Shown here piece after piece: positions 37,520-49,798 of a stretch of DNA of 57,083 nucleotides (position 1 is its first letter; the number at the start of each line of letters is the position of its first letter). The stretch is from Acidobacteriota bacterium (GTDB lineage Bacteria; Acidobacteriota; Blastocatellia; RBC074): contig JAJVID010000065.1 of assembly GCA_022072205.1 (NCBI GenBank), forward strand, positions 1 through 57,083. Reading direction: 5' to 3'. The notes beneath the pieces were generated by a model that had not been told where the DNA came from, did no database searches, and worked only from the letters and a program-made list of their open reading frames with translations. The position numbers and the translations under genes are program-made.

Positions 37520-38602
37520 ATGGCAGTAAAGTTTCACGATTATTACCAGACTCTGGGCGTGGCGCGCGGCGCGAGCGAAGACGAAATCAAGAAGGCGTAT
37601 CGCAAACTTGCGCGCAAATATCATCCTGACGTGAATCCCGAAGACAAATCGGCGGAAGAAAAGTTCAAGGAAATCAGCGAGGCTTACGAAGTTCTCTCCG
37701 ACGCGGACAAACGCAGGCGTTACGACCAGCTCGGCGCGAATTGGAAAGCCGGCGCCGATTTCACTCCTCCACCGGATTGGGCCGGGTGGGCGTCTTATGG
37801 AGGAAGACCCGGCGCCTGGGAAAACGTTCGCGTTGATTACGGCGACCTCGGCGACATTTTCGGAGGCGGAGTTGGAGGCGCAGGAGGCTTCAGCGATTTC
37901 TTTGAAACTCTCTTCGGAGCAAGAGGGAAAGCAAGAGGAGCGAGGCGAGGCCCGACGCGCGGCGCGGGCTTCGCAATGCGAGGTCAGGATCTGGAAGCTG
38001 AGATGGAGATAAATCTGGAGGACGCTCATCGGGGCGCGACGCGAGCGATCACGATTCAATCCACAATTCCCTGCTCCGCCTGTAACGGATCGGGCGGAAT
38101 CAACGGCAGGCCCTGCCCTACCTGTCGCGGCGCAGGCGTTGTGTCGCAACCCAAAACGCTTGAAGTCAGCATCCCCGCGGGCGTGCGCGAAGGATCGGTG
38201 ATCCGGCTTGCGGGCCAGGGCGAACCGGGAACGGGCAATGCGCCTCCGGGCGATCTGCTGCTGCGTTTGCGATTGAAGCCGCATCCGCTCTTCAGCGTCA
38301 CCACAGAGGGTGACGTTCAGATTGATCTGCCGGTCGCGTCGTGGGAAGCGGCGCTCGGCGCGCGCGTCAACGTGCCGACGCTCGACGGTTCGGTCGAAAT
38401 GACCGTCCCGGCGGGCGCGCAGGGCGGACAGCGGCTGCGGCTGCGCGGCCAGGGCCTCAACCGCAGAGGCGGCGGGCGCGGCGATGAATACGTCAAGCTG
38501 AAGATCGTCAACCCGCCGAACCCGACTGAGAGAGAAAGAGAACTGTTTGAACGGCTCGCCGCCGAATCGCAGTTCAATCCTCGCGACTTGCGCGCGACTT
38601 GA
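37520..38602 (+). CDS. DnaJ-class co-chaperone (J domain, G/F region, a single Zn-centre CxxCxGxG pair, C-terminal substrate-binding domains)
   Basis: Start at ATG 37520 ([40 protein letters not shown]). Only [22 protein letters not shown] is present, i.e. 2 of the usual 4 CxxCxGxG repeats. The ORF extension from 37400 merely translates the repeat. Confidence 0.9.
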   Translation: MAVKFHDYYQTLGVARGASEDEIKKAYRKLARKYHPDVNPEDKSAEEKFKEISEAYEVLSDADKRRRYDQLGANWKAGADFTPPPDWAGWASYGGRPGAWENVRVDYGDLGDIFGGGVGGAGGFSDFFETLFGARGKARGARRGPTRGAGFAMRGQDLEAEMEINLEDAHRGATRAITIQSTIPCSACNGSGGINGRPCPTCRGAGVVSQPKTLEVSIPAGVREGSVIRLAGQGEPGTGNAPPGDLLLRLRLKPHPLFSVTTEGDVQIDLPVASWEAALGARVNVPTLDGSVEMTVPAGAQGGQRLRLRGQGLNRRGGGRGDEYVKLKIVNPPNPTERERELFERLAAESQFNPRDLRAT

Positions 38603-38629
38603 TGGCCCGCGATTTCATTATGGAGGCGG

Positions 38630-38965
38630 ATGATGGATGGAACCAGCTACCAGATTGCGGTTTATCAATCAGGGCAATCAGGGCGAATCGAACGAGAGCA
38701 ATTGACGCTGGACGGACTGGCCGAGCGCACGGGCCTCCACCCGGATTTGATCGAACGGTTCGTCGAATACGGATTGATCGAGCCGGCGCAACTGGCGGAC
38801 GCGCAGATGCTCTTCGATATTGAATGCGTTCTGCGGCTGCGCAAGATCGAACGGCTGCGCCGCGATCTGGGCGTGAACACGACAGGCGCGGCGGTGATAC
38901 TCGATCTGCTCGACCGGATGATCACATTACAACGCGAGAACGAAAGTCTGATCGCAAGGCTTTGA
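38630..38965 (+). CDS. MerR_2-type chaperone modulator, CbpM-like
   Basis: GGAGG SD upstream of ATG 38630. [28 protein letters not shown]...[30 protein letters not shown]. It lies immediately after the DnaJ-class gene, as cbpA-cbpM does. Confidence 0.7.
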   Translation: MMDGTSYQIAVYQSGQSGRIEREQLTLDGLAERTGLHPDLIERFVEYGLIEPAQLADAQMLFDIECVLRLRKIERLRRDLGVNTTGAAVILDLLDRMITLQRENESLIARL

Positions 38966-38978
38966 ACCAGATTTTGAA

Positions 38979-41627
<2,649 letters not shown>

Positions 41628-41628
41628 A

Positions 41629-41733
41629 TCCGGGAGCGAACGCATCCTTGCGTGCCTGCATCCGCAGATGGCCCGCTGTGATGCGATAGGCCATTTCCGG
41701 ACGCAAGCACGCAAGGATGCGCGCGCTCCCGGA
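41629..41733. repeat. CCGGGAGCG-terminus hairpin family, copy 2
   Basis: Arms TCCGGGAGCGAACGCATCCTTGCGTGC (41629-41655) and GCACGCAAGGATGCGCGCGCTCCCGGA (41707-41733). It starts 2 nt after the clpB stop. Confidence 0.9.
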
Positions 41734-41746
41734 GGGAGAATCAATC

Positions 41747-42109
41747 TTGGAAGAACTGAAGCCCATGTCGTTTTTCTTCGCATCCGCCGAGCCTGGAACC
41801 GCGATGGCGTGGCGGCCTCCGACGGACATCTATCGCACGCGGGATGGCTGGGTCGTCAAGATGGAGTTGGCGGGCGTGCGGCCGGAAGACATCAATGTCG
41901 CCGCGAGCGGCTCGCAAATCTTCGTCAGCGGCGTCCGCCGCGACAAGTGCATCGAAAAAGGATGGAGTCATTACTCGATGGAGATTACGTACAGCCGCTT
42001 CGAGCGGACAGTTGAATTGCCGTGCGATCTGGAACACGCCGGCATTCATATTGAATATCATGACGGATTGCTGCTGGCGCATGTGACGAATCGGGAGGAG
42101 GGAAAATGA
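41747..42109 (+). CDS. Hsp20 / alpha-crystallin small heat-shock protein
   Basis: ORF 41717..42109. The TTG at 41747 lies 8 nt after GGAGGGAG, and an alternative ATG is at 41765. WRPPTDIYRTRDGWVVKMELAGVRPEDINV...FERTVELP. Confidence 0.85.
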   Translation: MEELKPMSFFFASAEPGTAMAWRPPTDIYRTRDGWVVKMELAGVRPEDINVAASGSQIFVSGVRRDKCIEKGWSHYSMEITYSRFERTVELPCDLEHAGIHIEYHDGLLLAHVTNREEGK

Positions 42110-44457
42110 GTGAAGAGATTGTCAGCCTGCCTGTATTGCCGATCAAAAACAGCGTGCTGTTTCCGGGCCTGTTGATGCCGCTGACTGCGGGGCGTCCGAC
42201 GTCCATCGCCGCAATTGACGCCGCGCTGGCCAGCGAAGACAAGGAACTGCTGGTCATCACGCAGCGCGATGCGACAATCGAATCGCCCGGCGCGAACGAT
42301 CTCTACACCATCGGAACCAAAGCCGTCGTCAAGCGGATGATGCGGCGCCAGGACGGCGCGGTAAATTTGATCGTGCAGGGCGTCGAGCGCATGGTTCTGG
42401 TCAAGATCGAACAGACCGAACCGCACATGAGCGCGCGCGCCAGACTCGCCCCGCTCCCGGAGGAATCGAACACCGAGATCGAAGCCATGCGCCGCGCGAT
42501 CCTGGAGCTTGCGGCGCGCGCGATCCAACTCGCGCAGCCCAACGCGCCGGTCGAAATCACGCAGATGCTGGCTGGCAACGAGGAGCCGCTGCAACTAACT
42601 TACCTGGTCGGCTCGGTGCTGGGTTTGCCGGTCGAGAAGGAGCAATCGCTGCTCGAAGCGCCCGGACGACTGGACGCGCTGCGGTTGCTGCATTCGTACT
42701 TGCTGCACGAACTGCAGGTGCTGGAATTGCGCAACCAGATCAACAATCAGGCTCAGAACGAAATGGAGCGTCAGCAGCGCGAATACCTGCTGCGCCAGCA
42801 ACTGCGCGCCATCCAGGAAGAACTGGGCGAAACCAATCCCGAACAGGCCGACGCCGATATGCTGCGCAAACAGATGGATGAAGCCGAATTGCCGGAAGAC
42901 GTGCGCAAGGAGGCCGAGCGCGAATTGTCGCGGATGGAGAAGCTGCCGCAGGCTTCGCCCGATTACCACGTCATCCGCACTTATCTGGAAATAATCCTGG
43001 AACTGCCCTGGGCCAAAAGCACCGAAGACAATCACGACCTGGCGAACGCGCGGCAGGTGCTCGACGAAGACCATTTCGATTTGAAGGATGTGAAGGAGCG
43101 AATCCTCGAACATCTGGGCGTGCTCAAACTCAACCCGACGGCCAACGCGCCGATCCTCTGCTTCGTCGGGCCTCCGGGTGTTGGCAAGACTTCGCTCGGT
43201 CAATCAATCGCGCGCGCGCTCGGTCGCAAGTTCGAGCGTCTATCGCTGGGAGGAATGCACGACGAAGCCGAACTGCGCGGCCATCGCCGCACTTACATCG
43301 GCGCAATGCCCGGCAGAATTATTCAAGCCATGCGCCGCGCCGAATCGAACAACCCGGTATTGATGCTCGACGAAGTGGACAAACTGGGGCGCGATTTTCG
43401 CGGCGACCCGGCGGCGGCGCTGCTTGAAATTCTCGACCCGGCGCAGAATCACACTTTCCGCGACAACTACCTCGACCTGCCGTTCAACCTGACGAAGGTC
43501 TTTTTCATCACGACCGCCAACACGCTCGACACTGTTCCGCAGCCACTGCTCGACCGAATGGAAGTCTTGCGGCTGAGCGGTTACAGCGCGGAAGAGAAAG
43601 TGGAGATCGCGCATCGCTATCTGATCCCGCGACAGTTGAAAGAGAGCGGATTGACCGATCAGCAATTCATTCTGACCGACGAAGCGCTGCGCCACGTGAT
43701 CGGGCGGTACACGCGCGAAGCGGGCGTGCGCCAGCTCGAACGCGCCATCGGCAGGTTGACGCGCCGCGTCGCGCTGCGTTTCGCTGAAGGCGACACAACG
43801 CCGGTGACCGTCAAGGTCGAAGACGTGGCGGAGATGCTCGGCCCCGAACGCTTCTCGTTCGAGCTTGCGCGCAAACAACTGCCGCCGGGCGTCGCGACCG
43901 GGCTGGCGTGGACTGAAACCGGCGGCGACGTGCTTTACATCGAAGCGACGCTGTTGCCCGCCGGACGCGGCCTGACGCTGACCGGACATCTGGGCGAAGT
44001 CATGCAGGAATCGGCCAAAGCGGCGCAGAGTTTCATCTGGGCGCACGCCGACCAGTTGGGCATTGACCCGAACGTCGTGCGGCGTTCGGGCGTTCACATT
44101 CACGTCCCGGCGGGCGCCATCCCGAAAGACGGCCCATCAGCCGGAATCACGATGGCGACGGCGCTCGCTTCGGTCTACACCAATTCGCCCGCGCGCAGCG
44201 ACACCGCGATGACCGGCGAAATCACGCTGACCGGCCTGGTGCTGCCCATCGGCGGAGTGAAAGAGAAAGTGCTGGCCGCGCGCCGCGCCGGCATCCGCCG
44301 CGCCATCCTGCCCAAAGAAAATCAGAAAGACCTGCGCGAACTGCCCGACAACGTCCGCGCCGAAATGGAATTCGTCTTCGCCGAACGGGTCGAAGAAGTG
44401 CTGACTGCGGCGATACCTGATCTGGCCGCGCGGCTGGCGCTGCCCAAAGCGGCGTGA
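42106..44457 (+). CDS. lon: ATP-dependent Lon protease
   Basis: 783-aa ORF with the LON N-domain ([19 protein letters not shown]), Walker [10 protein letters not shown], and the protease domain [13 protein letters not shown]. The ATG overlaps the hsp20 stop (ATGA). Confidence 0.97.
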   Translation: MSEEIVSLPVLPIKNSVLFPGLLMPLTAGRPTSIAAIDAALASEDKELLVITQRDATIESPGANDLYTIGTKAVVKRMMRRQDGAVNLIVQGVERMVLVKIEQTEPHMSARARLAPLPEESNTEIEAMRRAILELAARAIQLAQPNAPVEITQMLAGNEEPLQLTYLVGSVLGLPVEKEQSLLEAPGRLDALRLLHSYLLHELQVLELRNQINNQAQNEMERQQREYLLRQQLRAIQEELGETNPEQADADMLRKQMDEAELPEDVRKEAERELSRMEKLPQASPDYHVIRTYLEIILELPWAKSTEDNHDLANARQVLDEDHFDLKDVKERILEHLGVLKLNPTANAPILCFVGPPGVGKTSLGQSIARALGRKFERLSLGGMHDEAELRGHRRTYIGAMPGRIIQAMRRAESNNPVLMLDEVDKLGRDFRGDPAAALLEILDPAQNHTFRDNYLDLPFNLTKVFFITTANTLDTVPQPLLDRMEVLRLSGYSAEEKVEIAHRYLIPRQLKESGLTDQQFILTDEALRHVIGRYTREAGVRQLERAIGRLTRRVALRFAEGDTTPVTVKVEDVAEMLGPERFSFELARKQLPPGVATGLAWTETGGDVLYIEATLLPAGRGLTLTGHLGEVMQESAKAAQSFIWAHADQLGIDPNVVRRSGVHIHVPAGAIPKDGPSAGITMATALASVYTNSPARSDTAMTGEITLTGLVLPIGGVKEKVLAARRAGIRRAILPKENQKDLRELPDNVRAEMEFVFAERVEEVLTAAIPDLAARLALPKAA

Positions 44458-44470
44458 AGCAAGTTTGAAA

Positions 44471-44609
44471 ATAACTGCTCCGCGGGAGGCAAGAGGATTA
44501 TGGAGCATATGAAAAAAACGGAAGAGACTGAAGATTCTCTGGCCTGTTTCCGTTTATCCAGTTTTTCCGTATGTTCCGTAATCCTCTTTGCCCCCTCCCT
44601 GAGCAGCTA
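44471..44609. repeat. Degenerate ACGGAA-family palindrome with ATAACTGCTC / GAGCAGCTAT termini
   Basis: Imperfect arms GGCAAGAGGATTATGGAGCATATGAAAAAAACGGAAG... and ...TTTCCGTATGTTCCGTAATCCTCTTTGCC. Outer pairs are ATAACTGCTCcgcGGGAGG and CCcTCCCtgaGAGCAGCTAT. Confidence 0.7.
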
Positions 44610-44861
44610 TACATTTTGTAACTGCTCAGCCCTCTTCGTCGCGTAGCGACGGTTTGATTTTAGGCAGGTCGTTTACGGCCTGCATGAGACGCCAGGGAAT
44701 ATATTTCGTCGCGTAGCGACGATTGAACCAATTGCGACGCCGGTTTCAACCGTCGCTACGCGACGTGAAATCGTTTGCCTTTGCCTGCAGGCCGTGAACG
44801 ACCTGCCTAAAATCAAACCGTCCCGCTGGGACGAAGAAAGGCTAAGCAGTTACTACATTTT
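44610..44861. mobile_element. MITE: 236-bp element with long terminal inverted repeats flanked by an 8-bp direct duplication TACATTTT
   Basis: TSD TACATTTT at 44610-44617 and 44854-44861. TIRs are GTAACTGCTCAGCCCTCTTCGTC... (from 44618) and ...GACGAAGAAAGGCTAAGCAGTTAC (to 44853). The arms are near-identical over about 66 nt, with an inner nested hairpin containing TTCGTCGCGTAGCGACG motifs. No ORF. Confidence 0.85.
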
Positions 44862-44880
44862 TACGTGAAGAACCGCGCTC

Positions 44881-44923
44881 AAAAAAATAAGGCGGGCTGA
44901 CGTCAATGCGTTCAGTCCGCCTT
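44881..44923 (-). terminator. Rho-independent terminator (minus strand) with no annotated gene upstream
   Basis: Minus strand: AAGGCGGACTGA-acgcattgacg-TCAGCCCGCCTT followed by ATTTTTTT. Confidence 0.7.
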
Positions 44924-45472
44924 CCAGTTTTCTGAGAGTGACGAATCACCAGGATTTCATCTATGCCTTCGCCCTACGCCGTGATCACCTGATCCAGTGG
45001 TCCTCATCTCGTTATTCCACCACGCTCTGTCGCCGTTCCAACCGCTCCTGCATCGGCGACTATGGCTGGTTGTTTATATTTGGCGCCGATCACCTGTTCC
45101 ATCACGATTCCTGTCAGTCTCGGCGCCGGTCTGAGGCTGTGAGGTTGACGGTGGCGATTGCCGCTGATCAGGCTGCGTTTGATTTTACGCAGTCTCGGTC
45201 AGCGCCACGGCTACCGCCGGAAAACTCACATTAGGCTCACGATAAATCCCTCTTCAATTAGCTCTGTTCAACGGGCGACCGCCTGGCGATCTCGCCAAGT
45301 CGCTAATTCAAGATGCAAGGCTGAGGCCATTGCGCAGCATAAACACGGGATGCGGCCCATTCTGCAAGCGATTTAATCGCCGGCGCCTCAGGGCATATAG
45401 CTTGCTCCTTTCCGAACCGCATCAGCTTTTACGACCGCCGCGTATGCGGAGCAGTAAAAGGAGAAAAAACAC

Positions 45473-46393
45473 ATGACGAGCAAAGATGGAGAGAAAACGC
45501 CGCGTCGAATCATCAGTCTTTTGTTTTTGCTGGCGCTGTCTCTGTTCCTAAACGCGGTTCCGTTTGCCAGCGCGCAGGAAGATCATCCGGCTCTTTCCAC
45601 GGGAATTAACAAAATCGGCGAACGCCAGGCCATCGTCTTCAGCCCGGATTTCGCCGCGTCGGGCAACAGGCGTTTTTACGAAGCGCTTGGGTTTATGTAT
45701 CTGGAGAGCGCCGACTGGCATTTCGTGTTGCGGGAGATCAAGCGGTTCAACCTCGCGCACCCAGAAGATTCGATTCAACAGGTATTCTTCGAAACTCATG
45801 GCAGCAACGGTAACGGGCTGAAGCTTCAGCGGTCGAAGCGCCGGACGGCGCCGCGTTCCTACATTTCGCTGGGCGCGTTGCAGGAGCATCTGGGAGAGGC
45901 CGGAGTCAAAAAGGCGATCCTGACCGCCTGCAACACGGGGCGGTTGTACAGGCCGGAGATTTATAAAAAGCTGAATATGAAAGTGAAGGATCCGACTGTG
46001 CTGCCGGCCACGCTCGGCGTAATTAACGCCTCCGAAGATTTCGATCCTTCCAGCAGTTCCGTCGTACTTGTTCGCCGGGCGGACAGCCGTATCGAACAGA
46101 CCAGCGAGGGGAAGTATGACGAGCTTCCGGCCTCGGTCAGACAAGCGCTCGGTCTGCCCGCGTCTTCGGAGCCGTTCAGCGTGTCGAATATGTTCATCCA
46201 AATGATCGTCAAGGACGGCGGGTTGCAATTGACCAGCGAAGGTTTCGTGCGCGACCTTTCCAGCCTCAAGGAAAGCGAGGCGGTCAACGAAGCCATCTTT
46301 CAAAGCTTCCTGCATTTCCTCGACGACGTGGCGAACAATCAGACACCGCCCACCCGCTTTGATCACATCACTGATGGCCACAATCAACGATGA
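45473..46393 (+). CDS. Secreted hypothetical protein with a caspase/CHAT-like His...Cys dyad
   Basis: AAAGGAGAAAAAACAC SD before the ATG and a signal peptide (RRIISLLFLLALSLFLNAVPFASAQE). QQVFFETHGSNGNG and KKAILTACNTGRL each follow a hydrophobic strand and lie about 44 aa apart. Confidence 0.7.
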   Translation: MTSKDGEKTPRRIISLLFLLALSLFLNAVPFASAQEDHPALSTGINKIGERQAIVFSPDFAASGNRRFYEALGFMYLESADWHFVLREIKRFNLAHPEDSIQQVFFETHGSNGNGLKLQRSKRRTAPRSYISLGALQEHLGEAGVKKAILTACNTGRLYRPEIYKKLNMKVKDPTVLPATLGVINASEDFDPSSSSVVLVRRADSRIEQTSEGKYDELPASVRQALGLPASSEPFSVSNMFIQMIVKDGGLQLTSEGFVRDLSSLKESEAVNEAIFQSFLHFLDDVANNQTPPTRFDHITDGHNQR

Positions 46394-46520
46394 GTCGGGT
46401 CCGCCTCGACTCGATGCGCGCGAATTAACATTAAACCTCTCACAAGCCGCCCAAGCTAAGTTGTTCAGTCTGTATAATCCGCCGCGCTGAGCAAGCAAAA
46501 CTCCACCACGAAGAGAGGCT

Positions 46521-48392
46521 ATGAGAAAACCGCTCCCCAGGCGCAATAAGATTGCGCGTGCGGACAAATCGCCGCTGAAAACTCAGCTACGGCTGTTGCG
46601 CTACGTCCTGCCGCACTGGCGCGAACTGAAAATGATTCTGATCACGATGGCGCTGGCCATCGGCGTTGACGTGTTGCAACCCTGGCCGATGAAGATTCTG
46701 GTGGACGACATTCTGGGCAAGCAGCGCGCTCCCGAATGGCTCAACCGGATGATCGTCGCGCTGCCCGGGCCTGCGGGCGATGGCGGTTTGTTGTTGTGGG
46801 TGTGCATCGGCACAGTGCTGATCTACGTCCTGCACACGGTGGTTTCGATGGCCAACACTTACGCCACTGTCGGATTGGGCCGCCGCATGACTTACAACCT
46901 CGGCGCCGATCTGTTTCTGCATTTGCAGCGGCTCTCGCTGAAGTTTCACAGCCGCCAGCCTGTCGGCGACACGATCATGCGGATCAACGAAGACGCTTAC
47001 TGCGTGCAGACGCTGGTGACGGGCGCGATGCTGCCGCTCCTGCAGGCGATCATTTCGCTGGTCACGATGTTTTTCATTATGTGGCGCATCGAACCGACGC
47101 TGACCGCGCTGGCGCTGGGCGTCGCGCCGATGATGATGATCCTGATCCGCATCTTCGGCGAAAGGCTCAGGAACGGCTGGCTGGAACGACGCGACAAAGA
47201 AATCCGCGTGGCCACGCTGGTCGAGCAGACTCTGAGCGCGATTCCCGTCATCCAGGCCTTCACGCGCGAAGAGACCGAGCACGCGCGGTTCCGCAGCTAC
47301 GCCGACGAATCTGTAGCCACAGTGCAGCGGCTCGTTCGCGCCGATTTGTGGTTCCGCCTATTCGTCGGATTGACGACCGCCGTCGGCGCGGCGGTGATCA
47401 TGTGGCTCGGCGCGAAGTACGCGCTTGCGGGCCGCGTCTCGGCGGGCGACATCCTGGTTTTCATTTCGTATCTGCATTCGCTCTATCAACCGCTGAATTC
47501 GATCACCACGACGGCTTCGACCGTGCAAAACGCCGCCGCCAACGCCAACCGCGTGACCGAAGTTCTGGACACCGAAGTTCTGGTGAAAGACGCGCCGGAC
47601 GCCCGCGACATCGGCTTGCGCGGCGACGTGCGATACGAGAACGTCTCGTTCAGCTACGAGGCGGCGGCGCCCACGCTCAGGAACGTTTCGTTTGAAGCGA
47701 AGGCCGGAGAGGTGGTGGCCTTCGTCGGGCCTAGCGGCGCGGGCAAAACCACGATGGCCAATCTGCTGGCGCGATTCCACGATCCGAGTTCCGGACGCGT
47801 GACGATTGACGGCGTTGACATCCGCGATATTCGCTTGCGCTCGCTGCGCGAACAGATTGCGATGGTCTTGCAGGAGCCGTTTCTCTTTCCCGTGACAATC
47901 GCCGAGAACATCGCGTTCGGCAAACCCGACGCCTCGCGCGAAGAAATCATCAAGGCCGCCAAAGCCGCCAACGCGCATGATTTCATCGCGCGGCTGCCCG
48001 GCGGTTACGACGCGGTGATCGGCGAACGCGGCGCGACGCTTTCGGGCGGAGAAAAACAACGACTCTCAATCGCCCGGGCGTTTTTGAAAGACGCGCCGAT
48101 ATTGATTCTCGACGAACCGACTTCGGCGCTCGACGCCGGCGCCGAACATCTGCTGCTCGGCGCTCTGGACCGGTTGATGAAAGACCGCACGACGTTCATC
48201 ATCGCTCACCGGCTTTCGACCATCCGCAACGCCAGCCTCATCGTCGTGATGAATCGCGGCGAAGTGGCCGAACGGGGAAGGCATCCGGAGCTGATGGCGC
48301 GCAACGGCCTTTACGCAAAACTCTACCGGCAGCAGATGGAGATTGCGCGGCGCGAACACGCGGCGACGGAAGCCGCCGAAATGGCGGCATAA
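46521..48392 (+). CDS. ABC exporter, fused permease/ATPase (MsbA-like half transporter)
   Basis: 623-aa ORF with six N-terminal TM segments, Walker A GPSGAGKTT, signature LSGGEKQRLSIARA and Walker B ILILDEPTS. Confidence 0.95.
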   Translation: MRKPLPRRNKIARADKSPLKTQLRLLRYVLPHWRELKMILITMALAIGVDVLQPWPMKILVDDILGKQRAPEWLNRMIVALPGPAGDGGLLLWVCIGTVLIYVLHTVVSMANTYATVGLGRRMTYNLGADLFLHLQRLSLKFHSRQPVGDTIMRINEDAYCVQTLVTGAMLPLLQAIISLVTMFFIMWRIEPTLTALALGVAPMMMILIRIFGERLRNGWLERRDKEIRVATLVEQTLSAIPVIQAFTREETEHARFRSYADESVATVQRLVRADLWFRLFVGLTTAVGAAVIMWLGAKYALAGRVSAGDILVFISYLHSLYQPLNSITTTASTVQNAAANANRVTEVLDTEVLVKDAPDARDIGLRGDVRYENVSFSYEAAAPTLRNVSFEAKAGEVVAFVGPSGAGKTTMANLLARFHDPSSGRVTIDGVDIRDIRLRSLREQIAMVLQEPFLFPVTIAENIAFGKPDASREEIIKAAKAANAHDFIARLPGGYDAVIGERGATLSGGEKQRLSIARAFLKDAPILILDEPTSALDAGAEHLLLGALDRLMKDRTTFIIAHRLSTIRNASLIVVMNRGEVAERGRHPELMARNGLYAKLYRQQMEIARREHAATEAAEMAA

Positions 48393-48402
48393 AGGGAATC
48401 CG

Positions 48403-48777
48403 TCACGGCGCTCGACCTTCGATGAGCGTCAATATGATCCCGGCGAGGTCCTCGTGATCCACAGGCTTGGTAATGAACCTCTGCGCCCCGACTTCTTCGA
48501 CTTCCGTTTTGACAAACTCTCTCACATCCCCCGATAAAATGATGATCGGGGTGCGCTGGTCAGATTCGCGGATTCGACGGCATAATTCCAGCGCGTTGCC
48601 GTCCGGCAAAAGCAGATCAAAGACGTACAGATCGAACTTCTCGTTCTCGATTAACCGCAGCCCGTCCGTCATCGTCTCTGCCGCAACCAATTCGCATTCG
48701 TCCAGGTGGTAACTCAACAGTTCATGGCCATCAGGATCGTCGTCAACGTAGAGAATGCGTTTGCAGGGAGTAGTCAT
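48403..48777 (-). CDS. Stand-alone response-regulator receiver domain (CheY-like)
   Basis: 124-aa ORF: ILYVDDDPDG, acceptor region DLYVFDLLLPDGNALELCRRIR, TPIIILSGD. Confidence 0.9.
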   Translation of the reverse strand: MTTPCKRILYVDDDPDGHELLSYHLDECELVAAETMTDGLRLIENEKFDLYVFDLLLPDGNALELCRRIRESDQRTPIIILSGDVREFVKTEVEEVGAQRFITKPVDHEDLAGIILTLIEGRAP

Positions 48778-49078
48778 AAATTACGCTGTCGCCTCCTTTG
48801 TCTTCGGATTTCCTCGATCCAAAGGTAACGTTATTGCCCTGGGTCTCGGCTTACGTGAACCTTCGTCATCTTTAGAGCTAGCAGGGGATCGGTTGGACGC
48901 TCTCAAACTGGCTTGTCTGAAAATACAATTAACCAATGGCGCCTGTGGGAGGAATGTTGAGAACTAGCTTAAACTATTGAAGCTAATCTGTCTGTTCTCT
49001 AAGAAACAGACGGCTTAGCGGCAAAGATTTAGATTGGCTTTCTAATTATCAGTTTCGGGAAGAACCCGAAGGAGAGAC

Positions 49079-49798
49079 TTGGTGCCTGAAGACAAAATAA
49101 ATGCCGCTGGCAGCAGGCTGTTAGCCGCGCTGCCGGCGAATGAATACCGACGAATTCTCCCCTACCTTGAACTTGTTGAACTCAAACAAGGCGAACGTAT
49201 CTATTCCGCGCGACAGAAGATTGACTACGCCTACTTCCCCACAACGGCGTTGCTTTCGCTGGTAGTTTTGTCGCGGAACGGCGATCTGGTCGAAGCCGGG
49301 ATATATGGCAGCGAAGCGCTGGTCGGAGTTTCCCTGCTGCTGGGCGCTGACTTTTCGCCTTTCCAGATAGAGGTGCAGATCGGAGGAACGGCGCTCAGAA
49401 TAAAAGCGGAGATTTTGAGGGATTTGTGCGGCAAAGCGTCTTGCGGTCTGCTGCATCATTTGCTGCGTTACGCGCACACATTGATGGTTCAGATGGCGCA
49501 AATGACCGTTTGCTGCAGCTTCCACACTGTCAGACAGCGTCTGAGCCGCTGGCTGCTGACGGCGCAAGACCGCATCCAGTCCGACCGAATCCCGCTGACC
49601 AAAGAGATTATCGCGGGAATGATCGGTTCGCGCCGCCCCAGGGTCAGCATCGAGATCGGTTACCTGCAAAGCGCCGGTCTGATTCAATCCAATCGCGGGT
49701 TCATCAGTATCGTTGACCGCCAGGGATTGGAAGACGCCTCCTGCGAATGTTATCGCGTGATCAAGGGTGAGGTTGACAACCTGCTCAACGGCAAATGA
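49079..49798 (+). CDS. Crp/Fnr-family transcriptional regulator
   Basis: cNMP-binding-like N-domain (LVELKQGERIYSARQKIDYAYFPTTALLSLV) and HTH region (RIPLTKEIIAGMIGSRRPRVSIEIGYLQSAGLI). TTG at 49079 or GTG at 49082 follows a GGAGAG SD. Confidence 0.85.
   Translation: MVPEDKINAAGSRLLAALPANEYRRILPYLELVELKQGERIYSARQKIDYAYFPTTALLSLVVLSRNGDLVEAGIYGSEALVGVSLLLGADFSPFQIEVQIGGTALRIKAEILRDLCGKASCGLLHHLLRYAHTLMVQMAQMTVCCSFHTVRQRLSRWLLTAQDRIQSDRIPLTKEIIAGMIGSRRPRVSIEIGYLQSAGLIQSNRGFISIVDRQGLEDASCECYRVIKGEVDNLLNGK

Noticed and set aside
38630-38965. HspR repressor with HAIR operators, or an HrcA/CIRCE system.
   Set aside because: The protein matches the CbpM/MerR_2 pattern rather than the HspR DNA-binding wing. 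No CTTGAGT-N7-ACTCAAG or TTAGCACTC-N9-GAGTGCTAA sites were found by eye near the chaperone genes.
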